Shown here: positions 17,938 through 25,914 of the stretch, in pieces
Layout: every line of letters begins with the position of its first letter
Numbering within the stretch: the stretch's first letter is position 1
DNA from: a virus
Taxonomy: Duplodnaviria > Heunggongvirae > Uroviricota > Caudoviricetes
Length of the DNA: 26,895 nt
IMG/VR virus record: IMGVR_UViG_648276657_000007
Location: 1 to 26,895 of that record
Strand: one strand, 5' to 3'
Made by a program: the position numbers and the translations under genes
The notes under the pieces: model-generated
Seen by the model: the letters and a program-made list of their open reading frames with translations, nothing else
What the model was told of the DNA's origin: nothing
Database searches by the model: none

Positions 17938-18074
17938 CACCCCGTCATCCCCCTCACACGCTCACCACTGCACAAAACACCCCGCAGACACACCAACCCC
18001 CAACGGGCAGACTAAGCGCCGTCACGACGCGCTGAGACGCTGGAAAATAAAATCAGCACCACCGCCAGCGCGCA

Positions 18075-18093
18075 GTGCTTTCCCCGCCTCGCC
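18075..18093. other. cos: cos cohesive-end sequence (P2/186 type)
   Basis: GTGCTTTCCCCGCCTCGCC is the reverse complement of the 19-nt P2 cohesive end GGCGAGGCGGGGAAAGCAC as I recall it; it sits in the expected place next to Q. Confidence 0.65.
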
Positions 18094-18240
18094 CGCCCGC
18101 TTCATGCAGGGCTTTAAATGCAGTGCAGCAGTAATGGTCAGAATGCGCCAGCACTGATGTCAGATACCAGAACTGGCATTTAAAAATGAATGCAAATAAA
18201 TGCACCAAACTAATTACTTACTGACAAAAAATAAGTAAAA

Positions 18241-19125
18241 TCAGGCGCAAGTTGGCATTGAGACCCCTTTCAGGGTATTAGGAATAATTATTTCAGGAGA
18301 AAAAATCATCACTTCCTCTCCAGATTTTTTGAGATGCGCTGTATATTGCAATGAATACTCAACTTGCGGAAATTCATTATAAATATCTTTAATTTCCTTA
18401 GCATTATCATAAGAAACAAGCCAATTTGGGAAATTAATTTCTGTGAGTTTCTTCATAACCAATACATGATCATCATGCTCATAAAAATTCCTGTAAAGCC
18501 CTTGCCCTTTAATATAGTAAGGAGGATCCAAATACAAAAGAATTTTATTTTTATCCACCTTTCCCATATTATCCATAAAATTCAAGGCATCAAGAAAATC
18601 CAAAGCATCCAGATTAGTTACTACTATTCTTTGATTATAATTTGCTATCTTCTCAATTCTTGAAATTAAATCCGCCCTGTTAAAGCGAACATCCATTTTC
18701 CATTTTCCATTTTGTGATTTCCCACCTATAACCCCCGCCTTGAGAATACCTGAACGATTTGTTCTATTTAAGAAAAACGCAGCAAAGCCAACCTCAAGCT
18801 TAGTAAACTCAGAAGGATTCGAAATAACATAGCGATGAAAAGACCATTCATCCATATCTATCTTTGCTCGGCTAATAAGTCGGCAAAGCTCATCAGTATC
18901 ACTAACAACAGATGACCAAAAAGAATAAACAGCAAAATCTGCATCATTTATATAGATTTTACGGACATACTCTTCCAATAATAATTCTAAAGCCACCCCT
19001 GCACCACCAGCGTAAGGTTCTGCATATGCTCCATCATTCAACGAGTTTTTTTCAATAACATCTTTTAAAAAGTAAGATAACTTACCTTTCCCGCCGGGGT
19101 ATCTTAATGGAGTATAAAATTTCAT
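18241..19125 (-). CDS. Dam-family (D12 class) N6-adenine DNA methyltransferase
   Basis: 294 aa; N-terminal RYPGGKGKL, AdoMet motif EPYAGGAGV, catalytic LYLDPPYY; AT-rich cargo island between cos and gene A. Confidence 0.85.
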   Translation of the reverse strand: MKFYTPLRYPGGKGKLSYFLKDVIEKNSLNDGAYAEPYAGGAGVALELLLEEYVRKIYINDADFAVYSFWSSVVSDTDELCRLISRAKIDMDEWSFHRYVISNPSEFTKLEVGFAAFFLNRTNRSGILKAGVIGGKSQNGKWKMDVRFNRADLISRIEKIANYNQRIVVTNLDALDFLDALNFMDNMGKVDKNKILLYLDPPYYIKGQGLYRNFYEHDDHVLVMKKLTEINFPNWLVSYDNAKEIKDIYNEFPQVEYSLQYTAHLKKSGEEVMIFSPEIIIPNTLKGVSMPTCA

Positions 19126-19162
19126 AAATCCCTCTCATTCCTGATTTTGTAGTTTATCAGTT

Positions 19163-19182
19163 TCTGGACATCCATGTCCAGA
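19163..19182. promoter_or_regulatory. Inverted repeat TCTGGACAT-cc-ATGTCCAGA between the ParB-like gene stop and the methyltransferase start; candidate operator or attenuator
   Basis: 9-bp perfect arms with a 2-bp spacer, about 40 bp upstream of the methyltransferase ATG (19125). Confidence 0.4.
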
Positions 19183-19194
19183 TGTAGACAAATC

Positions 19195-20739
19195 TCACTC
19201 ACTCCAAATAAGGCTTAATAACAACTCAAAGTTATCCCACTCAGTGTTGACAGCCTCTTTTGAGGGAATTAAGTGTGGGTTATGTACATACTGCTGCAAT
19301 GAACCATCATGTTTAGTTATTTGGCTCGAGAAAGTTATTACAGCCGTACATTGACTCCCCGTCATCTTTTTATTTTCCCGAAGGAAATTAGCACACATTT
19401 TAACCTTATCATGAAGCCCTGGAGTTCTATGCGGTTCCTTAAATTGTAACTTGTTTTCTTCAACAAAAGTGCTTACAGAGAGATCTATAAATATTCTCAA
19501 CAATATTGAGATAGCATTAGGGGTATTATCAAATGTCAGATGCGACTTAAGCTCATTAAATATTCTAGAGCATTTCTTATGCCCTCTAAAATTAAATTTC
19601 ACATAAGATGGCACCAACACATTACGATCTACTTTAGGAGGAGTTTTTCCCTTGCTTTTATTCTGTTCCGTACCCGAAACTTTAGATTTACTCTCTTCTG
19701 TGCCTACATGTCTAGAATAATCATCTTCCTGTTTATCCATACCTGTATTCTTTAAGGCATCACCTTCCTGTTTATCCATACCTGTATTCTTTAAGGCATC
19801 ACCTTCTGAAAGACCTACTTTCTTTACACTCACAGAGGCATCATTTTTGTCAATAGAATCATCTTTTTTCTCTGTAAGAAAAGATTTAGGCTCCAGTAAA
19901 CTCCACGGCTTATCTAAAAGAGATTCTGAAGGTTTTATTTTTTGTTCAATAATAAATGTAACCCTGTCATCTTGGCTACGAATCCTATTAACAGTAAAAC
20001 AAGCCTTACCTTTATCATCCTCTTCAATCATTACATCTAAAATATTTTTTAATTGTGCACAAAAACGTTCATAAGGCTGATATGAGTATAGAACTCCATT
20101 AATGCTTTTTAAATTAAAATAATCCCTCACCTTTAAATCACCAAAAAGACGCGTGATGTTTGTGATTTTTAAAAGTCTTTTTTTAGCAATTATCTCTTTA
20201 TATAAATCAGTATTGAACTCTATAAATGTAAGTATTTGATTACCAAATGACTGCTTACCCATCCTAGCCAGATGCCGTGCTTTTTCTGTTGCAGTCCATT
20301 CAACTCTTCCAACTCCAGCATTTTGACCAGTATGCTTTAAATTAACCCAATGCTCATATTCATCATCGTCAAAAAGAACGCAGTTATCTATAACATTAAT
20401 ATCTTTAAGCTGAGTAATCTTAAGTTTTTCAAAAGCTTTCCGTGCTTTTTCTGTTGGTGCAAGTCTAGGAGAGTGTAAAAGTTTAAGGGCTGTAACTCGA
20501 CGATTACCTTCAGCAACGACGAAAAAGCCAGATTCCTCTTCACTAGGATAAACTAATATGTTTTCAGACGGATCTAAACCTTTCGAAGCAATATCTTTAG
20601 CCAAGCGATAAATGCGGTCGTACTGCAAGTCAAGCATCTTGGCAATAGCATCACGCTGATTTTCTGCTGACGTCGGGAAACGAGGGTTATCAACATCCAA
20701 AAGTAACTTATTGATATTCATTGATTTTAGTTGATTCAT
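19195..20739 (-). CDS. ParB-N-domain (ParB/Srx nuclease-fold) protein with uncharacterised central and C-terminal regions; candidate partner of the adjacent methyltransferase
   Basis: Start chosen at MNQLKSMNINK, with SD GAGGAT about 8 nt upstream (514 aa); the six-frame ORF runs to 20808 (537 aa) but its first 16 codons cover a palindrome. ParB-like motifs LLLDVDNPRFP and FFVVAEGNRRVTALKLL. Contains an in-frame 2 x 13-aa duplication. Confidence 0.65.
   Translation of the reverse strand: MNQLKSMNINKLLLDVDNPRFPTSAENQRDAIAKMLDLQYDRIYRLAKDIASKGLDPSENILVYPSEEESGFFVVAEGNRRVTALKLLHSPRLAPTEKARKAFEKLKITQLKDINVIDNCVLFDDDEYEHWVNLKHTGQNAGVGRVEWTATEKARHLARMGKQSFGNQILTFIEFNTDLYKEIIAKKRLLKITNITRLFGDLKVRDYFNLKSINGVLYSYQPYERFCAQLKNILDVMIEEDDKGKACFTVNRIRSQDDRVTFIIEQKIKPSESLLDKPWSLLEPKSFLTEKKDDSIDKNDASVSVKKVGLSEGDALKNTGMDKQEGDALKNTGMDKQEDDYSRHVGTEESKSKVSGTEQNKSKGKTPPKVDRNVLVPSYVKFNFRGHKKCSRIFNELKSHLTFDNTPNAISILLRIFIDLSVSTFVEENKLQFKEPHRTPGLHDKVKMCANFLRENKKMTGSQCTAVITFSSQITKHDGSLQQYVHNPHLIPSKEAVNTEWDNFELLLSLIWSE
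19728..19805. repeat. Perfect 2 x 39-bp tandem duplication inside the ParB-like CDS
   Basis: cctgtttatccatacctgtattctttaaggcatcacctt occurs twice back to back; encodes EGDALKNTGMDKQ twice on the minus strand. Confidence 0.9.
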
Positions 20740-20760
20740 CAACATATCCTCTGTTGAATC

Positions 20761-20793
20761 TTTATGATAAAAATTAATTATTTTTATCATAAA
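20761..20793. promoter_or_regulatory. AT-rich palindrome TTTATGATAAAAAT-taatt-ATTTTTATCATAAA just upstream of the ParB-like gene; candidate operator
   Basis: 14-bp perfect inverted arms separated by 5 bp, 22-54 bp upstream of the preferred start codon. Confidence 0.45.
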
Positions 20794-21095
20794 TGATAGC
20801 GTAAACATAGTCTTATGAACGACATCAGCCCTGAAGCTTCAAAACTATCATTTACGTTTGCGAGGCATCATCTATCACATTGATTTATAATAAGTATCTT
20901 TATCTTCACTGCATTGCTCTCAAAAAATCACATAGATGGAAATTCCCCGTTGACACACTCCCAAGTGATGCAGATACATTTCAAGTGCTTCATACACATG
21001 ATAACGGCTATCCCCCTAAATTCTGTGCGTTTCTTTTCCCTCCAGCACAAGGTTGAAATATCTTGCGTGCAGCTTTACTTTGTGAATCTTTGTCA

Positions 21096-23381
21096 TTATG
21101 TCCGCGCCATTACTGTTGAGAATCCCGGCCACTCATCAGCGACCGGATACGTGAATTTTTTCCCGTCATAATTTACGGTCGCGCCACGCGCCAGCGCCTC
21201 AAGCTCCCATCGCTGCGGCCTGATACCGTTCTGAGCAAGGTCAACGCGGATACGGGTAATTTGCATTCTTTCCGACCGGGTCAGTCTGGCCGATGGTGCA
21301 ATTTCATGTGGTTTTAACGGGCTTCCGTTTCTCTGCTGACGATTTGGTGTTCTCAGCCCGTATTTTAATGCGCCCCTGAGCGCCCTCACGACCTCCGGGT
21401 CATTCCATTCGATAACACCGTCATCAACCAGATTAAGCACTGCTGCGGCGTGCTCAGAAGGCGTGGGAGCCGGTAACGAAGTATTACCGCCGGTGATCTT
21501 TCCACAGTTATTGACAGGACTCCGAGGCGCGGCGATGCCGCTTTTTAACGTCAAAGGCTCAACGACCGGCACTTTCGGCACAATGCGCCAGTCCGTCGTT
21601 CTGGTGATATGAATATGACGCGCGCCGAGATGCGGCGCGTAAATGCCGACCACTCTCTCGACTTCTTCCTCGTACTCGTTAACGTCATCCGACGGGCTAC
21701 GGGCAACCCTGACAGTCTGACAATCGCGCGGGACATTTGCCCCACCCTGCGCGCTGATATACAACGCAAAATCACCACTGTCTGCGGCAGCGCGAGCAGC
21801 CTCGACGCGTTCGTCAAACTCATCAGCAATACTGACGCCGCGAGGCAATTTGCGTAGTTCACGGTAAGCCCCCATTGTCGGCAGTCCAACCGTTTTAAAT
21901 TGCGGGATGCGCCACGTTGACGCCCATGCGGTAACAGCCGCGGCAGTATCTTTAAGCGGCTTACCGGTATCGTTATCGAGCTGACCATCCAGTGCATAGC
22001 CGTCGATATTTTTTGAAATGTATTTCGCGATATATCCCGCAGCACCGCCCCGGTTAAGGTGCTTTGCCTGAAAACGGTTTCGCGCGGCTCCTCTTTCGTC
22101 ACCATCCTCTTTGAGCGCATAGCGCCGCATGATTTCGATAATCTGGTTACGCTGGCGTGGATTACAAAAAAGCATCATATGCCAGTGCGGCGTTCCGTCG
22201 TGGTGTGGCTCGACGACACGCAAACCGTAGACCTGTAAATCATTATCCTTGAATGCCGTGCGCATCAGGCTCCAGATGCGGCAGAGATAACGCTGCGCAT
22301 CCTTTGGATTAAATGCCTCATCGTTCCAGCCGTGATTAAGCTGGACGGTTTTACTTTCGCCTTTTCCGACCTGACGTGTCGGGTGATACTTTGACGGCGC
22401 GGTCAGCGTGATAAACATCCCCACATCACCCTCTGCGGCGGCGTAACGCTCAATACCGGCGATGGTGTTCATCAGCTCCATCCGGCGAATTTCTGGATTA
22501 GAAATACTGCCCATCACCTTACTGATAAGGTCGATGCGCTCGCCGGTTTCCTTGTTTTCAAGGTCACACGATTTAAGAAATTCCAGATTTGCCTGGCGGC
22601 GCGCACGCACATCACGAATGGCATGTTTACTGGCATAAGGAGAACGGTCTTTATTGACCTCCCCGACAGCAATCAGTAACGCCTCATGCCAGCGCATACG
22701 CTGGCCTTTAAGCTGATGAGTCCACCATTCATCGTTAAACAGACGGGCAATGGCAGAATATGCCTGCCTCGTGGTCATCTGCCCTTTACGGTATTTTTTC
22801 CAGTAGAGCGGGGAAATATTGAAAGCACGTGCAGCGCCAGCAACATGACCATACAGGTGAGCCTGCGCCTCATCCGTAAACAGCGATTCTTTCTCGCCAT
22901 GCGCATCCACCCAGGCATCGCAGAGTTCCTCATACATTATGAAAAGCTGCGATGAGATACGGGCGGCAAACTTTTTCAGCTCCTTGTCATTCATTCCAGG
23001 CAGGCGCGCATAGTGGTCACGCTCTGCCAGAAACAGCAACGACGCGTCGGTGTTCATTTCATGGCGCTGATTAACGCGCTCAATGCGCGGCCATAAACGA
23101 CGCTGAAAAGTGGATGTGAGGAAATAAAACCCGTGCACCGGGCTTTTATTGCGCCGGATGTAGTCATAGCGTGAAGTAAACAGCGAGCGCAAAAAGTAAG
23201 GCAGGCGATTAATCGTGGATAAAACACCTTGCACCTGACGCATCTCGTCACGTGTAAGGGGTCTTTCGCGCCCGACGGCCTCGCGTGGCGCGTTCCATGC
23301 ATAAGCACCGGTAAACGTCTCACCGGTGCCTGCGGCAAATGCTGACGGAGGGACAAAACGCCCGGAGGCTTTAACGGCCAT
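21096..23381 (-). CDS. A: Rolling-circle replication initiator (P2 gpA-like)
   Basis: Start at MAVKASGRFVPPSAFAAGTGE (761 aa); the six-frame ORF has a 14-codon extension; contains the HWHMM metal-binding motif of rolling-circle initiators. Confidence 0.9.
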   Translation of the reverse strand: MAVKASGRFVPPSAFAAGTGETFTGAYAWNAPREAVGRERPLTRDEMRQVQGVLSTINRLPYFLRSLFTSRYDYIRRNKSPVHGFYFLTSTFQRRLWPRIERVNQRHEMNTDASLLFLAERDHYARLPGMNDKELKKFAARISSQLFIMYEELCDAWVDAHGEKESLFTDEAQAHLYGHVAGAARAFNISPLYWKKYRKGQMTTRQAYSAIARLFNDEWWTHQLKGQRMRWHEALLIAVGEVNKDRSPYASKHAIRDVRARRQANLEFLKSCDLENKETGERIDLISKVMGSISNPEIRRMELMNTIAGIERYAAAEGDVGMFITLTAPSKYHPTRQVGKGESKTVQLNHGWNDEAFNPKDAQRYLCRIWSLMRTAFKDNDLQVYGLRVVEPHHDGTPHWHMMLFCNPRQRNQIIEIMRRYALKEDGDERGAARNRFQAKHLNRGGAAGYIAKYISKNIDGYALDGQLDNDTGKPLKDTAAAVTAWASTWRIPQFKTVGLPTMGAYRELRKLPRGVSIADEFDERVEAARAAADSGDFALYISAQGGANVPRDCQTVRVARSPSDDVNEYEEEVERVVGIYAPHLGARHIHITRTTDWRIVPKVPVVEPLTLKSGIAAPRSPVNNCGKITGGNTSLPAPTPSEHAAAVLNLVDDGVIEWNDPEVVRALRGALKYGLRTPNRQQRNGSPLKPHEIAPSARLTRSERMQITRIRVDLAQNGIRPQRWELEALARGATVNYDGKKFTYPVADEWPGFSTVMART

Positions 23382-23646
23382 ATGAGCCAAAAGCCTCTGA
23401 ACAACGCTTGCTGAGTTGCTCAACCTGCGCGTTTAAATCAGCAAAAGACTTTGCGCTTCCGGTCAGAATATCGTGATGCATCAGGCCGGAAACGAGCTGG
23501 CTTAATTTCGGGTAATAACCAACCACCGCCAGCCATTCCTGACCGGCGTTTTTACCGCTTTCAGCTCTCTTTTTCTCGTGGAGAATAAACTGAAAGCTGT
23601 CACTGGTAACGACATAACGTTCGCCAATTTCAATACGAATACTCAT
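23371..23646 (-). CDS. Hypothetical early-region protein (P2 orf83 position)
   Basis: 91-aa ORF overlapping the A start by 11 nt. Confidence 0.6.
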   Translation of the reverse strand: MSIRIEIGERYVVTSDSFQFILHEKKRAESGKNAGQEWLAVVGYYPKLSQLVSGLMHHDILTGSAKSFADLNAQVEQLSKRCSEAFGSYGR

Positions 23647-23867
23647 GCCGTTCTCCGGTAATGTTTGTTTTTTGCTTCAAAGACTGACTGACAGGAAACA
23701 CAACGCGTGGCTGACGGATAAGCCGCACGACGGGCAGCAGGTATTGGCGCGTCACACTCTTCGCAAACCAGCGCAGAAGCACCGCAATGTTTTACCCTTG
23801 CCGCGTTAATCTGGCGCTCCAGTAATTCAGCCTGTTGTTCCTGAATAAAATCTACGTTGTCCGGCAT
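23643..23867 (-). CDS. TraR/DksA-family C4 zinc-finger protein
   Basis: 74 aa; CGASALVCEECDAPIP...RCVSCQ four-cysteine motif; 4-nt overlap with the downstream ORF. Confidence 0.75.
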   Translation of the reverse strand: MPDNVDFIQEQQAELLERQINAARVKHCGASALVCEECDAPIPAARRAAYPSATRCVSCQSVFEAKNKHYRRTA

Positions 23868-23869
23868 TA

Positions 23870-24172
23870 TCAGCTCCTTTTATCGTTCAGTTTCTTAAAT
23901 TCATCAGCGCAATAGCTGGCGATTTCTGTCATTAATTTCGTCAGTTCATCCACGGAGGAGATTTGCTTGTGAAAAACAGCGCGTTTAACAAGTAAATTAA
24001 CCACATCAGACAGGAGGTTTAATTCATTCTGATAAATCGCGATAACAGATTCAGTTATGTCGCGTTTTTCTTTATCAAGACAAAGTTGAATAAGAGACAA
24101 ATCACCATTATCCATAACGGCGATTTTTAAGGCGTTATTCAGTAATACAACTGAATGAGAACAGGACATCAA
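23870..24172 (-). CDS. Hypothetical early-region protein (P2 orf81 position)
   Basis: 100-aa ORF in the tightly packed early operon. Confidence 0.55.
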   Translation of the reverse strand: MMSCSHSVVLLNNALKIAVMDNGDLSLIQLCLDKEKRDITESVIAIYQNELNLLSDVVNLLVKRAVFHKQISSVDELTKLMTEIASYCADEFKKLNDKRS

Positions 24173-24393
24173 AGTACCTCCCCGCGAGACAATCCGATAT
24201 TGTGAAATTTTTCCGACTCCTGACTGAGCAGCTCGACTATCTCCACGCGGGATAACTCCGCCTTTGTGATGTGGCGAATCATGGCGTCAAGATGAGAAGA
24301 AAAGCGCGTCGCAGCGTCGGCCTGTGCTTCGGTTCTGGCCTGTTGCAGCAGTAATGCGTATTTACCGCACTGATTTTCAGAAACTGTATGCAT
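24169..24393 (-). CDS. Hypothetical early-region protein (P2 orf80 position)
   Basis: 74-aa ORF, 4-nt overlap with the next ORF. Confidence 0.55.
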   Translation of the reverse strand: MHTVSENQCGKYALLLQQARTEAQADAATRFSSHLDAMIRHITKAELSRVEIVELLSQESEKFHNIGLSRGEVL

Positions 24394-24456
24394 GACTTTC
24401 TCCAGGCAAAAAGAAGCCCCGCACGATTAAGTGCGTTAAAAACTCTGGTTAATTAC

Positions 24457-24963
24457 TTAATGCAGATATTGCTCTGGTTTTACCGACGTCAGAATTGTCG
24501 GTGCATACTCAAACAGGCTGAATAATTCACGTAATGCACGGAATAAAGCATCACGCCAGTAACATGATTCTTCATTAATTCGCCAGTATGGCTGGTTGAA
24601 TTCTTTTTCAGTCAATCCGGCATGCATAAATAAAGTACGACGCTGACTGACTGTTAAAAAACTAATATATGCATACTCACTTGCGCCAACCTGACGGCGT
24701 TTTGAGAATGCCCCACGCAATTCATCAATTGCACAAACCAGCCGTTCACGTTCGACGTCGTTCATTTCTTCAAAACGCATCGTTGCGTGACGCTGTTTTA
24801 ACTGCGCATGGAAGCAAACCGTTAGCCGTTCGCGTTCCATCATCTGATTATAATAATCGCATGTCTCCTGCCAGCGAGGGACGGCCAGATGCTTACCAAT
24901 TATCCGGCGCATAGCTGCTGGCTGTTTTTCAACGAGATTGAGCGTCATCACTGTCATTTCCAT
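24457..24963 (-). CDS. B: Replication protein B (helicase-loader-like, P2 gpB-like)
   Basis: 168-aa ORF (MEMTVMTLNLVEKQPAAMRRIIGKHLAVPRWQ...); the true start may be 2-5 codons in. Confidence 0.8.
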   Translation of the reverse strand: MEMTVMTLNLVEKQPAAMRRIIGKHLAVPRWQETCDYYNQMMERERLTVCFHAQLKQRHATMRFEEMNDVERERLVCAIDELRGAFSKRRQVGASEYAYISFLTVSQRRTLFMHAGLTEKEFNQPYWRINEESCYWRDALFRALRELFSLFEYAPTILTSVKPEQYLH

Positions 24964-25151
24964 ACCCTCCGGCTTTTCAGAAAGGTCAGAGCCTTTTTTA
25001 ACGGACTCTGTTTTTTGGTGCGGATAATGATTCCCTTACGCCCCTTACCGTGGGTGATGGTGAAGTCAATCGCCCTGGGGCTTTCGTTACGCAGTAACTG
25101 AGCAATACAACGCGGTTCACTCATAATCACAACCCCATCCACAAAAGCCAT
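24954..25151 (-). CDS. Hypothetical small basic protein (P2 orf78 position)
   Basis: 65-aa ORF between cox and B, overlapping the B start. Confidence 0.45.
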   Translation of the reverse strand: MAFVDGVVIMSEPRCIAQLLRNESPRAIDFTITHGKGRKGIIIRTKKQSPLKKALTFLKSRRVWK

Positions 25152-25399
25152 GCATCACGCTGTTCAACTGGTCGGTTATAAAACGCCTCTCGTACAGCGC
25201 GATTAAACTCTGGAATGAAAACCCACTTCTCACCGACACGGGCGTTCGGCTTACTTGGATCACGAAGCTCAATAACTGGCAATTTATTCTCTTTTACCAT
25301 CTTGACTACAGCCGTTTCTGGCTTACCAAGTAACTCTGCAAACTTAACCGTATGTACCGCATCAATCGGGTACTGAATCACATAGTCATTGACTTCCAT
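25127..25399 (-). CDS. cox: Cox/Apl-like excisionase and transcriptional regulator
   Basis: 90 aa; first gene of the early operon, divergent from C; KLPVIELRDP...WLLWMGL resembles P2 Cox (GKLPVIDMTDP...WLMWLGL) as I recall it. Confidence 0.75.
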   Translation of the reverse strand: MEVNDYVIQYPIDAVHTVKFAELLGKPETAVVKMVKENKLPVIELRDPSKPNARVGEKWVFIPEFNRAVREAFYNRPVEQRDAWLLWMGL

Positions 25400-25522
25400 T
25401 GATTAGCCCTTTTTGCTTTCGTGTTACCCTTATTAGATCCAGTCCCTTCTAGGTCGCCCTTGTCCTTTCTAGGGACTGGCTAACACACTCAAAAGGTCAC
25501 CAATACACAACCTTTTGACGGG

Positions 25523-25551
25523 AATATAAGTCACCAATGGGTTACTGTCAA
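25523..25551 (-). promoter_or_regulatory. Candidate early promoter Pe (sigma70-type) reading toward cox, flanked by direct-repeat operator half-sites
   Basis: Minus strand TTGACA (25551..25546), 17-nt spacer, TATATT (25528..25523). Direct repeats GGTCACCAAT at 25495-25504 and AGTCACCAAT at 25529-25538 flank the -10. The -35 abuts the C start codon. Confidence 0.5.
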
Positions 25552-25845
25552 ATGCAGACATTCGAAAAACTGAAAGCGATTAGGAAAGCAGAAGGCTTAA
25601 CACAGGCGAAATTCAGCGAAATTAGCGGGATAGCTCTAGGAACAGTCAAAAATTACGAAAGTGGGCATAAAGACCCTGGTCTCAGCATCGTTATGCGAGT
25701 CACAAATACGCCTTTATTTAAAAAATATACGCTCTGGTTAATGACTGGTGATACGTCACCACAAGCTGGTCAGATCGCGCCGGCTCTCGCACACATTGGG
25801 CAAAAACCAACAGAATCAGACCACTCCGAAAAACAGACTGGTTAA
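25552..25845 (+). CDS. C: Immunity repressor C (P2 C-family)
   Basis: Start chosen at MQTFEKLKAIRKAEGLTQ (97 aa); the C-terminus KYTLWLMTGD...GQIAPALAHIGQK resembles P2 C (KYTLWFMTNQ...GQIAPALAHFGQN) as I recall it. Confidence 0.75.
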   Translation: MQTFEKLKAIRKAEGLTQAKFSEISGIALGTVKNYESGHKDPGLSIVMRVTNTPLFKKYTLWLMTGDTSPQAGQIAPALAHIGQKPTESDHSEKQTG

Positions 25846-25914
25846 CACTCTATAAACATTACATTTTCACTATTTGTTACCAAGATGGTGAATACAGCGT
25901 CAGAGGGCTTTCTT

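Noticed and set aside
18241-19125. Classifying the methyltransferase plus neighbouring gene as a standard Type II restriction-modification system
   Set aside because: The partner has a ParB/Srx-fold N-terminal domain rather than a recognisable PD-(D/E)xK or HNH restriction nuclease, so a conventional restriction-modification call is not justified. It is kept as a candidate in the findings.
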